A stretch of DNA of 64,000 nt from Podarcis muralis (lineage: Eukaryota): positions 47,368,001-47,432,000 of the forward strand of contig NC_135660.1 of assembly GCF_964188315.1 (NCBI RefSeq). The letters run 5' to 3'. The notes under the pieces were generated by a model that ran no database searches, was not told where the DNA came from, and saw only the letters and a program-made list of their open reading frames with translations. Each line of letters opens with the position of its first letter. Position 1 is the stretch's first letter. A program made the position numbers and the translations under genes. This document shows positions 51,871 through 64,000 of this stretch, one piece after another.

Positions 51871-52328
51871 CAAAGGTTTTCTGAGATATAAAAACCCATA
51901 ATTGTCACCCAAGAGGTGACCAAAGGAAAGCGCCAGAGCCAAGACCAGACATTGTAGCAGAACCACACCATGGGATTGACAGGCCTCCTCAAGATTCTTG
52001 GTTGCCTCTCAGCATATTGATTCATAAGGATGATCTAGATGTTTTTGGAACACATGGTTCTCAAATTTAAGAGAGCGATTTACCTACAGTTGCAAAAGCT
52101 AAAGAGAGGGTCCCTTCTTCCTGACTCAGAACCCGCAGTCTGCAAGCAGGATACAATGCAATTGTAGGATGCAATTTCCAGGATACAACTGAATTTTGAA
52201 GTTTGAGGTCTTATAAGATGTAAGTCAGGGCTTGAAGTTCATCTGTGCATTGATATTGTTTTCATTCTTTCTTCTGGGATTACAGAGTTCTTTTTGCCTT
52301 TATTACAGTCGGGATAGGCCAAGGTGGT
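51871..52328. repeat. Copy 2 of the local duplication, lacking about 200 bp present in copy 1
   Basis: See 46934-47598. Confidence 0.95.
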
Positions 52329-52854
52329 AGTAATTAAGAAATGTCACATACCTTTTAGAATTAATATACCACATGGCGGGGCTAGCTTCAGAACTAACTT
52401 CTCCATTGGCTGGTCCTAAGTCCAGCCCTCAGGCTCTAATTGGCCAAAAGGTCCAAAAGAAAATTAAACTTCCCAAAATTACTTCTGAGAAAGTGATGGT
52501 ATGGGATCGGCATCGCCTAACTAGTGGTGCAGGGAAGGTGTCTGATCGAAATATGTCTATGGATGTTGTTTCTTACCCTTTAAAGCCTTTAGGACTAGCT
52601 CAGCAAATGACCATTAACGTAGAGCCAAATAAAAACAATTTATATTTTGGCTTATTTCCTAAATTCCCCATCTTTACTGTGTCTTACATTTTACAAGAAA
52701 AATACCTGGAAGTGGCGGTTAAAAGCTCTAGACTGATATAGCTCTGCAAATTTAAATATAACCCCATGCACCTGAAGAGATATTGAAAGGCCAAATATGC
52801 AGAGAATGGGAATTGAGCAAAGCAGGGCCTCCTTTCTTGGGGGAGAAACAGTCT

Positions 52855-53235
52855 AGGTCCAGTATACCTGAAGGGGCGTCTCCACCCCCATCGTTCTGCC
52901 CGGACACTGAGGTCCAGTGCCGAGGGCCTTCTGGTGGTTCCCTTACTGCAAGAAGCCAAGTTATAGGGAACCAGGCAGAAGGCCTTCTCGGTAGTGGCAC
53001 CCACCCTGTGGAATGTTCTCACACCAGATGTCAAAGAGGAAAACAACTACCAGACTTTTAGAAGACATCTGAAGGCAGCCCTGTTTAGAGAAGCTTTTCG
53101 TGTTTAATAGATTATTGTATTTTAATATTCTGTTGGAAGCCGCCCAGAGTGGCTGGGGAAACCCAGCCAGATGGCCAGGGTATGTATGTATTAATTAATT
53201 AATTAATTAATTATCTATCTATCTATCTATCTATC
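52855..53235 (+). mobile_element. L2 LINE 3' end
   Basis: ggccttctcggtagtggcacccaccctgtggaat, catctgaaggcagccctgtttag and gccgcccagagtggctggggaaacccagccagatg, with AT-rich microsatellite tail. Confidence 0.85.
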
Positions 53236-55319
53236 AGTCTGGTGGTAGCTCTATCTTCTATATTTTAGTTGGAACTAACACTAGAATAAAGGAGGAGTGC
53301 TTAATCGTCATGTGAGCAGGTTCATGATGTTTTACATATTCCCCATGTACAGAGCTGTGGAAATTTGTCTTGACAAACTATCACCATGCTAAGAGATAAC
53401 AGCTTTTAAGGCATGAACAATGTAGTTGCTATTACCATATGGGATTCCGCATGCTGTGATTTTCATACCATATGGATAAGACAATTCTCTAGGCCCTCGG
53501 GTGGCTATATTTAAAGAATGGGAGGGTTCCTTTTTCTTTAAGCTGAAGATAGATGGGAATTGTTAATGGCATATTTATACCAGACACTTCCATTGCTTGT
53601 TAGCAGTCATTCGCCTGCTTAAATGGCTTCAAAGGCAAATTCACAGAGAACAAGGTTATCAGTGGCTTGACTGGCCATAATCAGTGGAGGCTCCTCTGTT
53701 GGACAAAGTGGGGCATAGACTTTCAAGATTCTGAAACTTCCAAACCCTTCCCATGACCAGCTATTCTGCTGAACCAATTAAAGCATGCAAGCCAGGTTTC
53801 CTTTCATGGCATTCATGATTCCCCTCTTCCACATCTTAGCCTCATAACCTGAGACATAGGCTGACAGTGAATAGCCCAAGGTGAGCCAGGGGGCTTCACA
53901 GATGAGTGCTGATTTTAACCCTTGTCTCCTGCATCTTAATCAATTTAATATCTATCTGCATTCTGGAACAAAGGCAAAGAAAGGAATAACATGGGGGCTG
54001 TAATCTTTTTCTGTAGGGCTGAAAGTTTAACAAGAATCCTGCTGTCAGTTCTGAAGACTAATCAGCTCAGCCTCTGGTCCTACCTGGGAGCCATTCTCAT
54101 GGAATTAAGCAGGGCTTGCTTCTAAGTAATGAGTGGTTATTGTGACATTAATCCACACTAGAAATTGTGACAGTAGGGACCCCATCAAAAACCAGGTTAG
54201 ACACTTTTCAGTTTAGTTAAGCACAAAGCACTTGCGCAACTGCAACGTTTTGGTGTCCACACCTTTACAAAGGAGGAGGATGGGAAGAAAACCAGAACAA
54301 CATGGCCTCCACTATGTGACTTCCCTGGTCCCACCCATGTGACCTTATAGGCTCCACCTACATGACCTTCTTGGCTATAAGCTGCCCCACCAGGTCCAGG
54401 AGCTACCAGCCGTCACTGGTCATGATAGGTATCTATTACCTCCAGGATGAGGATATTACCTCTGAATATTCGCTGCTGATGAATAATAGGAGGAGAGGAT
54501 TGTTACCCTCATAACCTGCTTGTGGGCATGGCTAGAGATGTGCTTATGCAAAGATGGCTCTAGGGAAATTAACATGGTGAGCCACCATTTTAATTTCCCT
54601 AGAGTCATCTATACATCTGTAAGCAAGGTTTTCTTAAAAAAAAGAAAAAGAAAAGAAATGTTTCTTTTTCTTTTTTTTAATGAGAGGGAATGGTGCAAGA
54701 GAGCTTGGCACAAAAGAGGGAGTTGAGCTCCCTGGGCTATCCACTAACAATATCTTTGTTTTCAGGCTTTCTCTAGACATCTTGAGGCCGCTGTAAGAAA
54801 GAGGATGCTGCAATACATAGACCATTGGACTGATCCTTCAGGATTCAACTTATGTTCACTTTCCCCAGGGAACTCTTGAAATTGTAGCAAGGGATTTCAT
54901 ATACAACTTCACCAAGTTGCAGCAATCTTTGAGGGTCGCCATGATCGTTTAAATAGGTACTACAAACTTTTAGCACAGGTATAGTCTAAGAGGGTCAAAC
55001 ATAATGTAACAGCGGTTCTGTTGCACTTCTGTCTCACTGTCACCTCTGTTCAAAAAGGCTTTGCATGTTTCTGAAACTTGCAAATGCTGTTTACTGGAGT
55101 CACTGGTGTGTTGAATGTACACACTTCTGGCGAGAATGCCTCATATTATGCTCAATTGTCTGGGGGGGGCGTGATTGACTCTTTCCATGCTTAATATCAT
55201 GTGGAGAAGGAGTTTTAGCAGATCAGATTCTGAAGGACAACTGAGAAAAGCTGCACTTGCCAAGATTCCCTTTACAGGCACAGCTATTCGAGATTTAGAT
55301 TCTCCTTTGTTTCTGGTTA

Positions 55320-55565
55320 ACCAGTGTGGCATAGTGGTTAAGAGCGGTAGACTCGTAATCTGGTGAACTGGGTTCACTTCCCTGCTCTTCCACATGCAGC
55401 TGCTGGGTGACCTTGGGCTAGTCACACTTCTCTGAAGTCTCTCAGCCCCACTCACCTCACAGAGTGTTTGTTTTGGGGGGAGGAAGGGAAAGGAGATTGT
55501 TAGCCGCTTTGAGACTCCTTCGGTTAGTGATAAAGCGGGATATCAAATCCAAACTCCTCCTCTTT
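55320..55565 (+). mobile_element. Squam3-like SINE
   Basis: Near-identical to 26-273. Confidence 0.9.
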
Positions 55566-56340
55566 TCATCGCATCAGTGAAACACATGGAAACCCAGTAT
55601 AAACTGCTGGTATAAGATTCAGATGTAATCATATTGGGGAGGTGAAACACGTCTGCAGACTATACTTGGCAAGGCAAGTGGCAGTGAAGATAAAGTCAAA
55701 ATGCTGAAACATTTTGCAGAAATGGCAAGGCTCTGCTCCAAAATTTGCTAACGTAAATGAAAAACATTTCCATTGACTTAGAAGTTTGAAGTTGCTGGGG
55801 AAATAATCTTCAAATTCAGTCTCATTCTCACACTTTCATGTTTATAAATCCAGTTTTGTAAGAGGTACTTGGGCATGCAGTTTCTTGGACAAGATGCCAG
55901 CTTGCTTGCCTTTCTTTTCCATCTAGTAATTTATTGTTACCTTCACCAGGTAAACATCTCAGGGTTTCTTTACACCAAGCCGTTTGGATAAATTTCTAAT
56001 CATCACTGGCACATACACACTGCGGTGGGAACAAGGGTGTTTTAAAGTTAGCAAGAGCATGTGGACCCTAACAAAGGGAGGAGGGAAGGGTGTACGTGGA
56101 GCTCTGGAAAATAGAAGCAGCCATGTCTTTTGAGATGAAGCAGCCTGCCCCACAGCTGGTGGGAATGTTTGAATGCAGCCTCCTGCTGCGCAAGCCAGCA
56201 GATTTTGAAATATATTTGGCTGCCATTGTGTGCAATGTTGTAGGGGCAAGCACTGAGTTTAAAGCAAAGTGATGAAATGAGTGGTGAATTTTATCTTTGC
56301 TCCTGCTTTAAAGAGAGACAGAAAAGAATTATTATGGTAG

Positions 56341-56341
<1 letters not shown>

Positions 56342-56391
<50 letters not shown>
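56342..56391. repeat. (TG)n microsatellite
   Basis: Direct reading. Confidence 0.97.
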
Positions 56392-56393
<2 letters not shown>

Positions 56394-56724
56394 CAGTGCT
56401 ATCTTTGATTAAAGCACTTTCACAGGAACCTCATTTAGCAAGAGATTTGTTACAGAAACATCAGCAAACAATTAACTTGATAAGATCTATCAAATGTAGG
56501 GATAGGCTAAATTTATTCAGGTTAAATCTAGCCAGTCTCAAACTTCGTTCTTCCTGCTGAAATGACACCAGCTGTTACACATACACTTACCTTTTCTCAA
56601 GAAAGAGGAAAGAATATGCTATCAAAACTTCATTAATATTCATCATCGCAATCACCATCAATGTTGTCCTGTTTTTCAAGACCTTCAGACAGCTTTGGCA
56701 GGGAGCGGCTAATAATAATTCCCT

Positions 56725-56840
56725 GTTTAGGGAAGTTTTTAATGTTTGATGCTGTATTGTTTTTAATATTCAGTTGGAAGCAGCCCATAGTGGCTGGGGA
56801 AACCCAGCCAGATGGGCGGGCTATAAATAATAAATTATTA

Positions 56841-56890
<50 letters not shown>
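56725..56890 (+). mobile_element. L2 3' tail with (ATT)n expansion
   Basis: gtggctggggaaacccagccagatggg matches 53150-53180; (ATT)n at about 56840-56890. Confidence 0.85.
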
Positions 56891-58095
56891 CTTTTTGGTG
56901 GGGTTCCTGCTTCATCCTATCAGTTTAAACGATAACCCTTCTTTCTTGAGATTCTTTGCAATTTCAAATGGAAAGCTAAAGGTTGCATTTCCGCTGACTG
57001 AAGATCTTTTGTTGAAGCTCAATATGTTTCCTTCAAGCTGAACTTATGCAGTCAGAAGTGAGCACTATTGAGTTCAATAGCACTTATGCTACGTATTGCA
57101 GTCATGCTGATCCTAACATGGGATTATTGGGCATTATACTTTGTACAGCTGCTTTGTGGTATATATCAGTGGATCCATACACCTGCCTACATTGTTGGGT
57201 TCATTGCTGCAGGACAAGGTCATTGCTTTGCCTGGGGTCCTTTGTGCCAAATCCTGCATCTCCTGACCCTTCTTCTTCCCCTTACAGTGTGGCCAGATGC
57301 ACTCCTGATGAGGCCCAGCCACCCACATATTCATTTGCCAGAGCCAGTGATGCATATAAATCAGCATGTGCTCCCCCCCCCCCCAGATTTGTTCCAAAAG
57401 ATCAAGCAATGCCCCTGCTGCTGGGACCTGTCATGATGAGCTCCTGCGCTTCATAATTTCCCACTACACCACTGGAGAGAATAAAGGGATTTGGAGCAAG
57501 TTGTCTGCATGTGAAAGATTGAAGGGAAGAGCTGGAGAGAAGACTCCAGGAGACAATGCTGATGGTGGTTTTCTTTTTCTTTTTCTCTTAGTGAGAAAGC
57601 ACATAAAAACCTAAGGAAAGCCCTGCTGGATCAGGCCAAAGGCCCATCTAGTCTAACATCCTGTTCTCATAGTGGCTAATCAGTTGCCGATGGGAAGCCT
57701 ACAAAGCCTCTTCTTCATCTTCTGAAGGTGCTTCACATCTTAAGACATGAGTGAGTAAAGGCAAGGTTGGGAAATGGCCTTCAATGCCCTCCTAAGTATG
57801 GGGGAGAGAACACTGGATAAATTCAGCAGCATTTAGGCCATCTGCTGCTGATATAGCTTCGCCGCAAGGAGAAAGAAAAAGTTGCTTTTTGTCATGGTGA
57901 GCAAAAGCCATCTATATGTTTGCAATCAACAGAGTATTACCAATCGGCTCTTTGGCAAATGTTATGTTGGGCCATTGAGACTAGGTTTACCCAGAGTAAA
58001 CTATTTCAATTAATGAATACAGCTACATTAGGTCCATTAACTTCAATAGATCTACTCTGAACAAAAGTTAGGTGACCACTGTTCATAATCTAACC

Positions 58096-58518
58096 TAGAA
58101 TCATAGAATCATAGAGTTGGAAGAGACCACAAGGGCCATCAAGTCCAACCCCCTGCCAAGCAGGAAACACCATCAGAGCACTCCTGACATATGGTTGTCA
58201 AGCCTCTGCTTAAAGACCTCCAAAGAAGGAGACTCCACCACACTCCTTGGCAGCAAGTTCCACTGTCGAACAGCTCTTACTGTCAGGAAGTTCTTCCTAA
58301 TGTTTAGGTGGAATCTTCTTTCTTGTAGTTTGGATCCATTGCTCCGTGTCCGCTTCTCTGGAGCAGCAGAAAACAACCTTTCTCCCTCCTCTATATGACA
58401 TCCTTTTATATATTTGAACATGGCTATCATATCACCCCTTAACCTCCTCTTCTCCAGGCTAAACATGCCCAGCTCCCTTAGCCGTTCCTCATAAGGCATC
58501 GTTTCCAGACCTTTGACC
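58096..58518 (-). mobile_element. CR1 LINE 3' fragment
   Basis: About 99% identical, inverted, to about 20085-20508. Confidence 0.96.
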
Positions 58519-58590
58519 TGAATGTAAGCTTTTTGTACAAGTGAATCAGGATGAATGCTCAATAAACAGATTGTCTGGACATACCCATAG

Positions 58591-58926
58591 GTAAAGGGAC
58601 GCCTGACTATTAGGTCCAGTTGCAGACAACTCTGGGGTTGTGGCACTCATCTTGCTTTACTGGCCGAGGGAGCTGGCGTACAGCTTCCGGGTCATGTGGC
58701 CAGCATGACTAAGCTCCTTCTGGCAAACCAGAGCAGTGCACAGAAACGCCGTTTACCTTCCTGCTGGAGCGGTACCTATTTACTTGTACTTTGACGTGCT
58801 TTCAAACTGCTAGGTTGGCAGGAGCAGGGACGGAGCAATGGGAGATCACCCCATCGCAGGGATTTGAGCAGCCAACCTTCTGATCAGCAAGCCCAAGCTC
58901 TGTGGTTTAACCCATAACGCCACCCA
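58591..58926 (-). mobile_element. Sauria SINE
   Basis: Reverse-complement body; TSD gacatacccatag at 58578-58590 and 58927-58939. Confidence 0.93.
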
Positions 58927-60975
58927 GACATACCCATAGACACTCCTAATTTTCTCTTGCTTTTTGGCTCATAAATCAACCCTTATACCTATGCATTAGG
59001 AGGAGATGGTCTCTCCAGCAAACGGCCTTTCTCATTTTCCTACCAGAATAATTTCTCAAGTATCATTCAAGCTACTTGAAGGAATCAGGCATAGGTTGCA
59101 TTCTGTTTTGCTTCACCCACAACCTTACCAGAGGTTCCTGGTGACCTTGGCTTTCAGCTCTGTTCTTTGCTTTTGCCTAGACAGATAGCTGCTATCTGGC
59201 ATACCAGCCTACTCCAACCCTGCAAACCTCTCTGTCCTGTTCCACCTGCCCTATCACCAACTCCCACCTTTCTGCACCCTCCATATTCTTAAGCATTGGT
59301 CGCATTGGCCTCTTTGGCTGTTGTGGACATGCTTGTCCTATACACAGTAATCCGATTATATACAATTCCTGAGTACTCACAAAGTCCCAACACTGACAGA
59401 GAACTGTAGTTGGCATGTGCTAAAAGTCTTGATTCTTGAGTTCCCGTCACAGCTCAAGACACACTTACAACACTGTTTTGACAAGTCTGTTCATTACTTG
59501 GGTGTAGACAGTGTGATATGGGCTTGATTCATTGGCATCTCTGATACTTGTATTTTTCTTCTTCGTTAGGTGGACTAATAAATTAATATGGGGAAATAGC
59601 ATGGCAAGAAAGGTGAAGCTTGCCCTATCCCAGAACAGCTGCTGCAGTTGAATTTTGGGCTATATCTTATTTCAGGGCGCAGTCAAATGTCATGGAATCT
59701 GATCATAGACCCCATGAGGTATAGTTTGGGCCATAGGATCATAGACCCTATATATGAGGTATAGTTTGTGCCACAGTGAGAAGCATAAAACCCAGCCTCG
59801 GCATGTTTTAAACCGAACAAACTCAGCTGAGCAAGGAGGGGAACTCACATGAGTGGAGTACTAATCAGGGCAAGCATTTATTTTGCATGTCTGATCTTTA
59901 AAATATTTTAAAATCTATCTGAGAAAATATACACCCTTGACATTCAAAGGAGGGCAGGGAAATCTGAAAGGAGAGGGAAATATTTACATGAGATTTGTGC
60001 AACATGGCGAGTCCCGTGAAAATGCTAGCCACCTTGAGCCTATGGGCAGAGGGAGCGAGGATATAAACTGAAATAAATAAATAAAACGCATCCCTTCTAT
60101 CTTCAAGCAGCGTACACAAAGGCCACAGTTAAAAAGACTCCCGTGGAATACTGATGGGATGGAACAAGCAAGTCTCTGGTAGAAGAAGGACCCCTTGTGG
60201 TGTGAAAGAAAAACAGAATGAATTGAATACACGCCAGAAAGCAGCTTCTGGCCTGATTTGCTCATGGGGTGAAGATTAAACACTTTGAGAGGTAAATACA
60301 GCAGAACGTCCCCTCACACTGTTAACGTGATGCTTATGTTGGAGGTGGCCAAGAGCACAATGTATATGGTTACTTGGAAGTCCCACTGTGCTCAGTGGTG
60401 CCGACTCTCAGGTAAGTGTAAACAGACTTGCAACCTTAGAAAGGATATGCAAGCAGGACTATGAAATGTCAGAAGGTTCACTTTGCTTACTCCACTGAGA
60501 TGGCTGTTGAGCATCTGAGGCTTATGTATGTGGTACACAGTGTTTGCGTGTGTCTGTGTGTGTGGTGGGGCTCATTATATCTTTAAAGAGAGAGCTGAGA
60601 CCTATTTACTCCTTTGCTTAATGTAACACCTGTAACTTGAATATTTGATTTCACTGACAATAATGGGTTAGATGTATGTATGGACATACACTTGGAAATC
60701 AAGCTACACTGTCTAATGGCAGTTGATTGATATTTTGTGCATGCTGTGTAAAATATTAATCAAGCAATGAATAGTAAATACTGTCTTATTTGCTAACAAG
60801 CAAAAGAGGAAAGTGCAAACAACCACTGTAGCGTGGATAATTAATCAAAAGATGGATCTCAGTTGCCATACTCTTGAAACTCTCCCATTTAGTCACATGA
60901 TGTATGTTAGCTCAGGCCTTTCATATGACATACATTTTGATGTGACTTTTGAAATAAGAGTATTTTATTTAAAAC

Positions 60976-61220
60976 TACAGTGGTACCTCGGAAGTCGAAC
61001 GGACTCTGTTCCAGAAGTCTATTCCACTTCCAAAATGTTCGGAAACCAAAGCATGGCTTCCAATTGGCTGCAGGAAGTTCCTGCAGCCAATCAGAAGCTG
61101 TGTCTAGTGTTTGGGTTCCAAAGAACGTTCGCAAACCAGAACAGTCACTTCTGGGTTTGCGATGTTTGGGAGCCAAAACGTTTGACTCGCAAGGCATTCA
61201 GGATACAAGGTAAGACTGTA
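60976..61220 (+). mobile_element. Tc1/mariner (Tigger/pogo-like) MITE
   Basis: TA-cagtggtacctcgg ... aaggtaagactg-TA; homologous to 43587-43831. Confidence 0.87.
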
Positions 61221-64000
61221 ATGGCAAACGATTGATGGTCTATCATCTTCTTGATACTCAATGGGTTTTCAGCAGGGTGGTACACCAGATTGAATCCTAA
61301 TCCAAATTGGGCCAAGGATCAGAGCAGGATCTGGGCCTCAGTTCGGTTGGGTTGAAACAGCTTTGGATCACTACTTGTTGAGTAGGCCTGGGTCATAGGG
61401 CTGTCAGAGAGCAGGGCATCAGGAAGGAATGAGAGGAAGGCAGGAGCAAGAAAAAGGAGAGACCATGAAAAGGAGAGACCTACTGAATCAGTCTGATCCG
61501 GTGGATCAGGGTGGCCCTAATTTTCAGGTGCCTCCACGGAGGGGAGCTAGATGCAGTATATCTATTGAATGTCTAAGAAGGCTAATTCTTTCATTAGGCT
61601 TTGCACCTTTTTTGCCAGCTTTCACTGCATATTCTTTGTCTTTAGGACATATTATACAGTTTCTTCACTTCTGTCATTAAAATCTTTCTCGCTTTCTCGC
61701 GCTCTCTCACACCGAGAGAAAGGTCAAAAACACTTCGCTGGAGATGGGTTTTCCATTTTATTGTCTACGAGGTTGCTAGTCGTGGTGTATATAAATAAAA
61801 TATATACGTAGGGTCTGCTAGCTGCCTTGTTGATTTGGTTGCATTTAGGGCCTGTTTATTTCTTCCTCTCATTCTACACTGGGGAGAGAAAGAAAGGGAA
61901 GGAAAGAACTGGAACATTAAAAATAAAAAACAAGCTGCTATTTGATACACTTCCTTTGCATTAAAACTGCATCAGGCTTCTGACTTGCTTTTAACAGCAT
62001 CCACGCCCTGCTTCTGGGAGTGAGGCGTTGGCATCTCTTGTGAGCCATTAGATTTACACTTGCCGACGTTGTTCTTTGAAAATTTGAGAGTTCTGCTTGG
62101 TGAGCAGGGTCTCAGGTGGCTTGCAAGAAATAAGGCTGGCTCCCATCTTTCCATTTGGGAGTCAGTGTTCCTGTGGGGATTAAAGTCCCCTGTAGATGAC
62201 CAGCTTGGCATGTGCAAGCAGCAAATCACCACCACTTATTCTGTTCTTGCTGCAGACGCGTAACAAGCTTCCACATATTGTGATGTTGATAGTCAGAGAC
62301 ACGCAGGTGACCACACATTTCACTTTCCTGTCAGAGAAAATCTACTATAAACTGTCCCTGTCACCCCCATAGGGACATGTCATTGTTATTTTCCCCTTAG
62401 GACTCAAGGCACACACTTAAGATCACCTAACGCAAGCTTGTTTACTCCACTTAATACTCTTTAATGGACTGCATTCACTGTTTTGCAAAGGAACACTTTT
62501 TCTACTCTTTTCAGGGTTCATCCACACCATGCATAGAAAGCATGGGTCTGGGCAGTTTTTTATTCTGCTTGCTCCTTTCCAGGGGAAAATCCGCTCTTTA
62601 GCGATAGATCAAAACAAATGGCAATCCGGAGAAAAACTGAATTGCCATTTGCTCCTATTAACCACTAAAGAGCAGTTTTCCCCAGGGGAAAGTAGCAGAA
62701 CAAGAGGAAGTGTAAATAAGCCCTCAGTGCGTACCTAGGGATGAAAGTGGGGGTGGGGTTCATATTCGCTTTAGCAATTGCAACAGGAAAGAGATTAGTT
62801 CTTCCAAATGAATGCATGTGAGCAGCAGTACAAGTTTGGTATATAGACACCTCAGGATGTCTCATAGCTGAATGGAATATGGAAGTGCTACAGCTTCTAG
62901 CACAACCTGGTCAGCACACATTTTCTAGCCAGAAATCCATTGAGAGGTATTGGGCTCTTGATTGTAAAACAGTGAAACTGCCTGTTCCTTAACGCGCTTG
63001 TAGACTTCATTTGGCCAGATAGGTAGCAATGTGCTATTATCATGAGTATGTGAGGTGTTTAGACATTGGTAACCACAAGTACTTTCTTAGACTGCTACCC
63101 TAAGCTCTACTTTATGTACAGCAGGGAGGGGGAACATGTGGCCATGCAGATATCTGGGGCCATGTTGATGGAAGTTGGAATCCAGTAAGATTTGTAGGCC
63201 TGCAAGTCTCCTGTCACTGCTGTACAGAGTGCCTTACCACTGGCCACTTTCACTTGACTTTAGTTTGTACTCAAATTTAGCCTGTCCCCAGCCTAGTTTG
63301 GTTGCAACTGCTTTCCTCAGACAGGACTCTAGACACTAGATGCAACATGGCCATGCATTTGATGATACATGTCCCAGTACCGTAATTGATATTTTCTTGT
63401 TTTGGCTCACTGACAATACTCAGAGCATCTGTTCTCGATTCCATATATAGAAGAATACCTGATCAAAGGAAGTTGTTTTATTTCTTCCCTTCCTTAGAAA
63501 GTGCAGTATTAGGACTCTTGATGATCAATGAGATTAAACTCCTAAGGAAAGCCAGTGCTATAAATTCTTAAAGTGTGGAATGGCTGCTATATCAGCAGGA
63601 GAGGGTATTTTTGCAACAAAAACAAACAAACAAACAAACAATGTGGTGGAAAATAGCTCCCTCATGTTAGACCTCTGAGGTATAATGGAGTCCTTATTGA
63701 AAGCAATACAGAACAGCGTTCCTGACTATTGTTGCCGAGCCAATTGCTTCTGAATGCCAACGCAGCCACTTTTAACACCAGCAATGAAACACATAGCCTT
63801 GTCAACAGGAGTGCAACACTTAAAAACCAGAGCCAAAAGATTTCCCCTCCCTTTATCAATTTTGTCCACAATGGAGGGTTGAATCTGCTGCCAGTGGAAA
63901 AAGAGAGCTAATAGCCAATGTTCTTCCTAGTGGAAGGAGCTGCTTGGAACTCAAATAGTGTAGTCCTAACCGTGTTTTCTCAGAAATTTGTCTTGCTGAT

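Noticed and set aside
51666-52025. 119-aa ORF resembling a membrane protein
   Set aside because: The frame crosses the duplicated block into a BovB RT fragment; the copy 1 equivalent stops early.
56661-57041. ORF with a poly-Ile tract; also the CV/HT-repeat ORFs at 26693, 37777, 39765, 40367 and 56345
   Set aside because: These are translations of (ATT)n and (CA/TG)n microsatellites.
60108-60290. Possible exon (ttcaag acceptor, gag/gtaaat donor)
   Set aside because: Stop codons in all three frames.
915-63911. The remaining 60-150 aa ORFs in the six-frame track
   Set aside because: No recognisable domains; many lie within or antisense to SINE/LINE copies; numbers and lengths are as expected by chance in 64 kb.

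Overview
This is vertebrate nuclear DNA, very likely from a lacertid lizard (Podarcis/Lacerta/Zootoca type). That inference rests on its repeat content: Sauria SINEs with (ACCTTT)n tails, Squam3-like SINEs with (CTT)n tails, and BovB, CR1, L2 and L1 fragments. I find no host protein-coding exon that I can support. The window reads as a large intron or gene desert: interspersed repeats, microsatellites, and several repeat-free, motif-dense blocks that may be conserved enhancers. The only long ORFs are retrotransposon fragments: a young 5'-truncated L1 with a 16-bp TSD, and two about 99% identical CR1 3' ends. The most notable observation is a ~710-bp ORF-less retroelement on the minus strand (29501-30209). 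Its 5' end folds, base pair by base pair, into an HDV-like self-cleaving ribozyme. The predicted cleavage site coincides with the TSD-defined element boundary, and the fold carries an atypical hairpin inserted in L3. Second is a local two-block duplication (46.9-47.6 kb vs 51.9-52.3 kb) fused to an internally deleted BovB. Family names come from recalled consensus sequences, not from a database search, and identities were counted by eye.
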